A DNA stretch of 64,000 nucleotides. Source: a virus. The notes beneath the pieces were generated by a model. That model was given only the letters and a program-made list of their open reading frames with translations, did no database searches and had not been told where the DNA came from. The stretch is taken from positions 64,001 to 128,000 of the IMG/VR virus record IMGVR_UViG_3300033153_009458; one strand, 5' to 3'. Each line of letters opens with the position of its first letter. Position 1 is the first letter of the stretch. A program made the translations under genes and the position numbers. Positions 57,916 through 64,000 of this stretch are shown in pieces.

Positions 57916-58363
57916 AATTTTGTATTGTTATATTCTGTAGTCGTGACTCAAAATTAATCTTACTTTCTTCAAGATCTTTATAATAAGTCAACCAGCGTTT
58001 CATAGAATCGATTAATAGTTCTTCCCACGGGTCGTTTTTATGTATAAATGACAACGCACCTTTTTCGACAGAATTAAATGCATCTCCTATTTTATCTGTT
58101 TTCGATAATACAATGAATTGTAATTTTTCACAGTGTGTTCTGACTTCTTGAATAAAATCAAGACCGGTCATCGCATTCAAATAAAATTCAGTAATAATTA
58201 AATATGGCTTATCTTGACTATTACAATAAGTAATTGCTTTTTTGCACGTACTCGCTATTTTAACGTTCTTAAATCCGTTTTTTTCTAGTAAAGAACTAAC
58301 ACGTTTGAGAAAATTTATATCGTTATCAATCAATAGGATTAGAGTGTCATATAATGTAAACAT
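57905..58363 (-). CDS. CheY-like receiver-domain protein (atypical)
   Basis: LLIDND, PYLIITEFYLNAMTGLDF, IVLS, GALSFIHK; late promoter TATAAATA at 58451-58458. Confidence 0.85.
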   Translation of the reverse strand: MFTLYDTLILLIDNDINFLKRVSSLLEKNGFKNVKIASTCKKAITYCNSQDKPYLIITEFYLNAMTGLDFIQEVRTHCEKLQFIVLSKTDKIGDAFNSVEKGALSFIHKNDPWEELLIDSMKRWLTYYKDLEESKINFESRLQNITIQNYAT

Positions 58364-58511
58364 TTTTATTTATTCAATTTCATCTGTTTATTAAGACGAA
58401 GAAATTTCGAACTTAATTTAAAGGATTGTAGAGAGAAAAGTGTTACTACTTATTTATAAGAGTTGTTGTTAATGTAAGAGAGTAAGCTATTAACTTACTC
58501 TTAAAGGATGG

Positions 58512-59279
58512 TTATCTTCGGTGGAACATTAAGCCTACACCAATTCGTTCAATGTCTTGATCCCATTGAAGTTGGTTATCTCCTTTCCCACGTTGGTAAG
58601 AATAAACTGTTTTTAAACTATTTGGAAAGATCCAATTCGGGTGTGAAAAACTTATATATCCACGATTAGAACCGCCATTCAGAGTCCACCAATTATCACC
58701 AAACTTGATAATTACAGTTCCATCGAAGTTACCCAAATCTCTAGCCATTTGTTCATGTTCATATAGAAGCACATTCCAAAACTTTCCACGCAAAACAAAC
58801 GTTTCATTTTCCCATGTAGATTCAAAAAAAAATCGATCCCACGATCTACTGAACAGCTCTGTTTGTCCGTTTGATTCGTGCCAATACCCGACATCGAACT
58901 GAAATCCGTTCCATTTGGGAGTCCGTATAAACACTTGTGGGTTGTAGTTTGTTTCCCTGAATGGTCTGGAGTTTTCTTTATTGTAAACATCCCACCAAGA
59001 TTCCTGAGTAAATGCAACTACTAATTGCCAATCTTTATAATTTAGTAATTCTGTTTTTACTGATATCTGAAATTTAGCTTCTGTGAATTCATCTATTACT
59101 TCACCTTGTTCATCGTAAATTATGTACTTACTGGCCGGTACGAAATAATTATCGTAATGTGGAACTAACGAAATTGTAGGTTCTTCACCTTTGGCTTCAT
59201 TAATCCACATAATACTTACCAAAATAGCTAATAACCCAAAAAATAGTATAATTAATCTAATTTTTATTTTTTCAGACAT
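58512..59279 (-). CDS. pldA: Outer-membrane phospholipase A (OMPLA/PldA-like)
   Basis: Signal peptide; EAKFQISVK, FTQESWW, SRPFRETNYNPQ, WHESNG, SRSWDR, terminal IGVGLMF. Confidence 0.88.
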   Translation of the reverse strand: MSEKIKIRLIILFFGLLAILVSIMWINEAKGEEPTISLVPHYDNYFVPASKYIIYDEQGEVIDEFTEAKFQISVKTELLNYKDWQLVVAFTQESWWDVYNKENSRPFRETNYNPQVFIRTPKWNGFQFDVGYWHESNGQTELFSRSWDRFFFESTWENETFVLRGKFWNVLLYEHEQMARDLGNFDGTVIIKFGDNWWTLNGGSNRGYISFSHPNWIFPNSLKTVYSYQRGKGDNQLQWDQDIERIGVGLMFHRR

Positions 59280-60285
59280 TTATTTTCTCCCAATTAATTG
59301 ACGTACTGTATAGATATTTTTCTGATCTTGAATCACTACCAATATGATTTGTTGGTGTCTCATGTGTACAACAAAATTCTAAATTGCAATCCATAATCAT
59401 TTCTATTTCACTAAAAAAAGTTAAAATCATTCTATCAAATGATAAAAATTGTTTTATGTATTCTTTTGTTAAAGGATGCAGCAACATTTTAAAATTGATA
59501 TCCTTAATTATGTCTTCTATTGTGTCAAAAGAATTATCAAATGGTAATATTTCATGTAACAGCCCGCTTAAGCACGAAACATAATGATTATTATTTAAAA
59601 CTATAGGTATACAACCACAAGCTAATCCTTCTCTTATAGTCATGGATAAACATTCATCCAAAGAAAACAACCACAAAAATTTATGTTCATTATATACTTG
59701 CAAAAGATCTTTACGGCTTACCATTCCTTGATAGTCTATAACATCTTTATGCTTTTCATAATACGATTCATCTACCATAGGCCCGTAAAATTTTATCTTT
59801 TTGTTTTGTTTTCTGATGAATGAAATGAAATTTGGTAAAATTTTTCTTTCATTTAATCTTCCAATATATAAAATATCATCACTTCTATCTTCCCACGGTG
59901 TAATATTTTCCCAAATATTACTTGAAACAAATTCCATCCGTTTTCTTTTTTTTAATAATTGGGCGTGATGCGTGGTAAATGATAGATTGAAATCTAGCAC
60001 CGAAGTTACACACTCAGGATCACCATGTGTAATTCCACCAGCTGCTAAATTGATCACAGGAAGATTAATACGATTTAAAGTTTCAAAATAATGACCATCA
60101 TCGAAGTCGTTCAGTAATATCAAATCATACGGTGAAAAATCTACTGATTTAATTTCCATCCCGCATTGAGATGCATATATATCGATATTATCAATTCCTT
60201 TTGTTCGTTTTAATATTTCAATAAAAATTTGTCCGGTATACTCAACACCATAACTAGTATCCCGGTTCCAAAAAAATACGTTCAT
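59272..60285 (-). CDS. GT-B glycosyltransferase (GT4-like)
   Basis: YIGRLNERK, YQGMV, E-x7-E (ECLSMTIRE) then GLACG. Confidence 0.8.
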   Translation of the reverse strand: MNVFFWNRDTSYGVEYTGQIFIEILKRTKGIDNIDIYASQCGMEIKSVDFSPYDLILLNDFDDGHYFETLNRINLPVINLAAGGITHGDPECVTSVLDFNLSFTTHHAQLLKKRKRMEFVSSNIWENITPWEDRSDDILYIGRLNERKILPNFISFIRKQNKKIKFYGPMVDESYYEKHKDVIDYQGMVSRKDLLQVYNEHKFLWLFSLDECLSMTIREGLACGCIPIVLNNNHYVSCLSGLLHEILPFDNSFDTIEDIIKDINFKMLLHPLTKEYIKQFLSFDRMILTFFSEIEMIMDCNLEFCCTHETPTNHIGSDSRSEKYLYSTSINWEKINV

Positions 60286-60290
60286 TTATT

Positions 60291-62216
60291 TTAATTGTTA
60301 ATTGTTTCTAGATACGCAAAAAGTTCTTTTTCTTTTTGTATAAATTCATTGCTAATATTTGTTAATGTATTATATCTGGTTTGAGAATCAGGATCATTCA
60401 TAACATCGGCTAATTTATTCTTCCTTGCCAAATTAACAGCATCTTTTAATTCTTGATTAAAATTATTTTCATCAACCATGTCTCTTAAATGCCCATCTTC
60501 CATGATAAATGGTTCATCAGGGTATTGCTCTTTAATAAGTAAATCCGCCGTTAAATAATCACCAAATTCATTTATTTTAAACTTATAATCTTTAGAATCT
60601 ATTGTGCTTAATTTAATTATAAAAGGCGTATATGTAATAAACCCTTTCCAAATAGGCCAAACTTGATGAGTTTCAGAAATATCAATATTTTTACCGTAAC
60701 GGTATATCGTCGTATCTATATTATAAGATTCTAATATTTCTTTTTTATCATAATTGCCATCCAGCATAAATTTATAAAAATCATCTGACATTTTCAAAAA
60801 ATCAAGAATTTGTTCACGATTTAAATAAGACATGAATTTTTTCATTGAATTGTTAATATAATTAAAATTAAAATCAAAAAATCGTTTATTTGCTGGCTCA
60901 CCTGGAATCCATGATGTAGGAATCAAACATCTTCCGATAATAACATCAATACGTTCTATATTATCAAAATCGGTATTAGTACACATCCAAAAATTTCCCA
61001 TTTTTTCTATAAATTCTTCATAAAGTTGATACATACCTGTATCTAAAAATTTAACTTTTAGAAATCGAGTTTCTTCTTCAAAGCCCATATTTAAAAATTT
61101 TTCTTTTTCTTGAAGATATATTGAAGCAAAATTGAAATAATATACATCTTTAGAAGGTACTAAAGTATATATATCAATATTAATATCAAAAATATTTTTT
61201 ACCTCATAAATAAAATGACTTAATTTTTGAACTTCTATTATTTTTTCTATTTTTCCGGCCGCCATCTTTGGATCTCTCTTAAATCTAATTCTTCATTTTT
61301 AAAATAAGAAATAATTCTATCAAAAATAAGTAAAAATCTATCTGTAAAACTTCGACGCCTAGTTTTACTATCGTATCCTACATATTGTATATTCCAAATT
61401 TTTGTTTTTAAACCTTCTCCAAATATTTCATTTTCTTCAAGATTATTAATCGCATCTTCATAAAAAGGAAAAGTAATAATATTACTGTTTGGATCACCAT
61501 TAAACCAATTTAATAATGTATATGCTTGTATAACTTGTCTAGTATTATATTCGTCTTTAATTGAAGTATTTATAAAAGTTAAATCAGGTGGTATGGTAAA
61601 TGACCAAGCAAATATTTCGGAGTCTAAATCAAAATTTTTAATTTTTTGTAATATTTCATCCGCTGTTTGCATTTTATTTACCTGTTTTTATTTTTGTCAA
61701 TACATGGTCTGGATTATCAACATCTTTCATAATTTCATCATCATCTTCAAGATACTGTAGATAATGTTTTGCAATATCTATACTTGGCGGATTCCAATGT
61801 CTGAATTCTCTTAAACGTTTTGATAAATTTTTAAGAATGTCTATAGCATCTTTTGTAGCCAAATATCCTTGAAGTAATCTTGTTATTAACGCTACATTGT
61901 GTTTAATTTTAGAATCTTTAAATGTATTCAAATTCCAATTATGCACTAAATAAATCCACGCATTTGAAAAATCACAAAATACTTGATCAATTTCTTCATA
62001 CAGAATTAAATTTAATAAATTTTCTAAAGTACCTCTTACTTTATCTATATCTATTTCACTTAATTCTTCATCTTTTCCCAATAATTCAATATGGTTTCTT
62101 ATAGCTTCATATGAATATATAAATCTATCAAAAGTATCGTGCCCTAATATGATTTCAGTTTCAACCCTATTGCAAAATAATCCATTAATTGTATCATAAC
62201 ATAATTTTTCATCCAT
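60291..62216 (-). CDS. Three hypothetical proteins (60291-61265, 61247-61672, 61674-62216)
   Basis: Coupled ORFs in operon with the radical SAM and GT genes. Confidence 0.7.
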
Positions 62217-62222
62217 AATTCT

Positions 62223-63608
62223 TTATTCTCCTAATGTTTTTTTAATTTTTTTATATGAAACTGCTTGCTCTAAACTTAGAAAATTTACAAAAAATTCAAA
62301 CAATCCGTGTTCAGATAAAAATTCTATTTGAGCTTTAACTTTTCCGAATTCAAGTAAACAGACTGAAGGATCGGGTAAAAAAGGATCACCTGTTGCTTCA
62401 TATTGTGCACCCATACAACCACCTAAACATATTTCTTTAATTCCACAACTGACACAATACGGCCAATTTGTGTGATCTGTTGTCATTGTTCCTATATAAT
62501 ATTCAACGTTTTTTGGTTCTATATCAATGATGTTTTCACCATCATGTATAAATTTAAATCCATTGAAAGAATCATAAGATTGTCTATGACAAGGTGTAGC
62601 TGCTAAATCACTAAGCCGAAGTTGCATTGTTGTCTGTAAACTACACCCAATTCCTCTACCAATTTTTCCTATGTTATTAAACATATTCATACGGCTAACA
62701 TTACACGATGCTTTATCACCGTATCCACCAAATACGAAACCAAGGATAAAAGTTTCAGGATTTCTATTTAATTTATTGTACGCAAATTCTAATACTTTTT
62801 TATAAAAATCTATATATAAATTTACAGTTTTTTTTGTCCATCCTTTATTTCTAACTTCTAATAGATATATATTATTCCAATTAATACCAAATTCTTCAAA
62901 TTTTTCTTGAAACCACATAAAATTTTTGAAAGCATTTTCAATATTATCGTAATGAATCATAGGATGAAAACCACATCCATATTGTTTTGAATATTCAAAT
63001 ATTTTATCGTAAAATTCATCTGTATAATAATCGTGCTGATCTAGTGTATTAATATAAGGTCGATTAACATGATCCATATATTTACCATCAAAAGATGCAC
63101 TAAGTCCAAAATGTATACCAGCTTCTTTAGCTCTTTTACCAATATTTACTACTTTTTCTGTTATAGTATTACTACGTATCCACCCAAAATTTGTTGGTAC
63201 TACAATGTCTGGTTTTTTATCTGTATTTTTATAGAAATCAAATACCATATCAAAAATTTTAAATGTTGATGGTTGTAAAAATATTTCACCCCCAAAAAGT
63301 TCAAATACAGCTGGATAATAATTATTCTTACTTAAAAAATTAAACATAATTTCTGCATTTTTTAGAAGAGTTTTGGTATCAGCCAATTCTGATGGGTGTA
63401 ATTCTTTTCCATGCCCACTGCGATCATTATAATAACAGTAAGTACAATTTAGATTGCACCTAGGTTTTAATTGAAATTCTAAATTATCGTATAATTTATG
63501 ACTGTGGTCTAAGTCACCTTCGAATCTAGGAGTTTTCCAATCTTTAAAATGAGTATTCTCTAAATACGTCCACAATAATTCTTTTTGTTCATCTTGGTGT
63601 GTTTTCAT
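62223..63608 (-). CDS. Radical SAM/SPASM-domain protein
   Basis: CNLNCTYC, FGGE, SFDG; GIGC...PCHR...CVSC..KEICLGGC...C. Confidence 0.9.
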   Translation of the reverse strand: MKTHQDEQKELLWTYLENTHFKDWKTPRFEGDLDHSHKLYDNLEFQLKPRCNLNCTYCYYNDRSGHGKELHPSELADTKTLLKNAEIMFNFLSKNNYYPAVFELFGGEIFLQPSTFKIFDMVFDFYKNTDKKPDIVVPTNFGWIRSNTITEKVVNIGKRAKEAGIHFGLSASFDGKYMDHVNRPYINTLDQHDYYTDEFYDKIFEYSKQYGCGFHPMIHYDNIENAFKNFMWFQEKFEEFGINWNNIYLLEVRNKGWTKKTVNLYIDFYKKVLEFAYNKLNRNPETFILGFVFGGYGDKASCNVSRMNMFNNIGKIGRGIGCSLQTTMQLRLSDLAATPCHRQSYDSFNGFKFIHDGENIIDIEPKNVEYYIGTMTTDHTNWPYCVSCGIKEICLGGCMGAQYEATGDPFLPDPSVCLLEFGKVKAQIEFLSEHGLFEFFVNFLSLEQAVSYKKIKKTLGE

Positions 63609-63989
63609 TTAATTTATTTTCCTTTCTGTTATATATCGTTTCAAAAATGACTCTACCATTCCATTTCCAAATAATTTGAAATACGAATTAAAATTTAATT
63701 GCATAGAACCTAAAAACATTTGTGCATCAACATTACAAGAATGCCTAGAATTACAAAAAAAGGCCAATACTTCTGCCATTTCAGTTTCTTTATAACATTT
63801 TGAAACTTGACCAGCTTTTGCTAATAATTTTATCATTGCAACAGAAAGTGATAAACGATTTTTTGGAAAATCATGAAAACTTCGCATAAAATAAAGATAT
63901 TCTGTCAATTTTTTATCTGTCAATTCATCAAATTTAATTGTAAGATTTTTTTCTGCCATTTTACTTCTTCCACTAACAATACTATCCAC
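63609..63989 (-). CDS. Hypothetical protein (start probably MAEKNL)
   Basis: ORF at the window end, coupled to the radical SAM gene. Confidence 0.6.
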   Translation of the reverse strand: MDSIVSGRSKMAEKNLTIKFDELTDKKLTEYLYFMRSFHDFPKNRLSLSVAMIKLLAKAGQVSKCYKETEMAEVLAFFCNSRHSCNVDAQMFLGSMQLNFNSYFKLFGNGMVESFLKRYITERKIN

Positions 63990-64000
63990 ATTTTTTATGC

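Noticed and set aside
1080-63269. Many antisense or overlapping track ORFs (e.g. 1412, 8861, 20308, 22795, 35359, 39587)
   Set aside because: Shadows of well-supported genes, with no SD or motifs

Overview
AT-rich fragment of a large T4-like (T4-superfamily) myovirus genome, standard genetic code; the OMPLA-like and Hfq-like genes and the sigma70 promoters suggest a Gram-negative host. Core genes recognised by motif: gp43, gp41, uvsX, gp46/47, gp55, a split uvsW, uvsY, gp45/44/62, gp49, head module gp23/22/21/67-like/20, gp2, gp4, gp3-like, endolysin and a holin candidate. Also present: tRNA-Trp, five free-standing HNH/EndoVII-type endonucleases, TATAAATA late promoters and repeated sigma70 early-promoter cassettes. 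Most unusual items: (1) a tandem array of 11 divergent small proteins sharing a C-terminal [AST]-x-[DE]-[FL]-[IML]-x-L tail; (2) about 20 genes with T4 internal-protein-like capsid-targeting N-termini, including a 1384-aa PARP-type ADP-ribosyltransferase, a SpoT/Mesh1-type HD hydrolase, a HAD phosphatase and an HExxH protein; (3) uvsW fractured by an HNH gene with an apparent non-splicing half-Hint (intein) remnant at the break; (4) a protein made of Russian-doll nested domains; (5) an outer-membrane phospholipase A and a D-to-E pseudo-receiver next to the lysis genes. All calls come from reading motifs by eye; no database searches were run.
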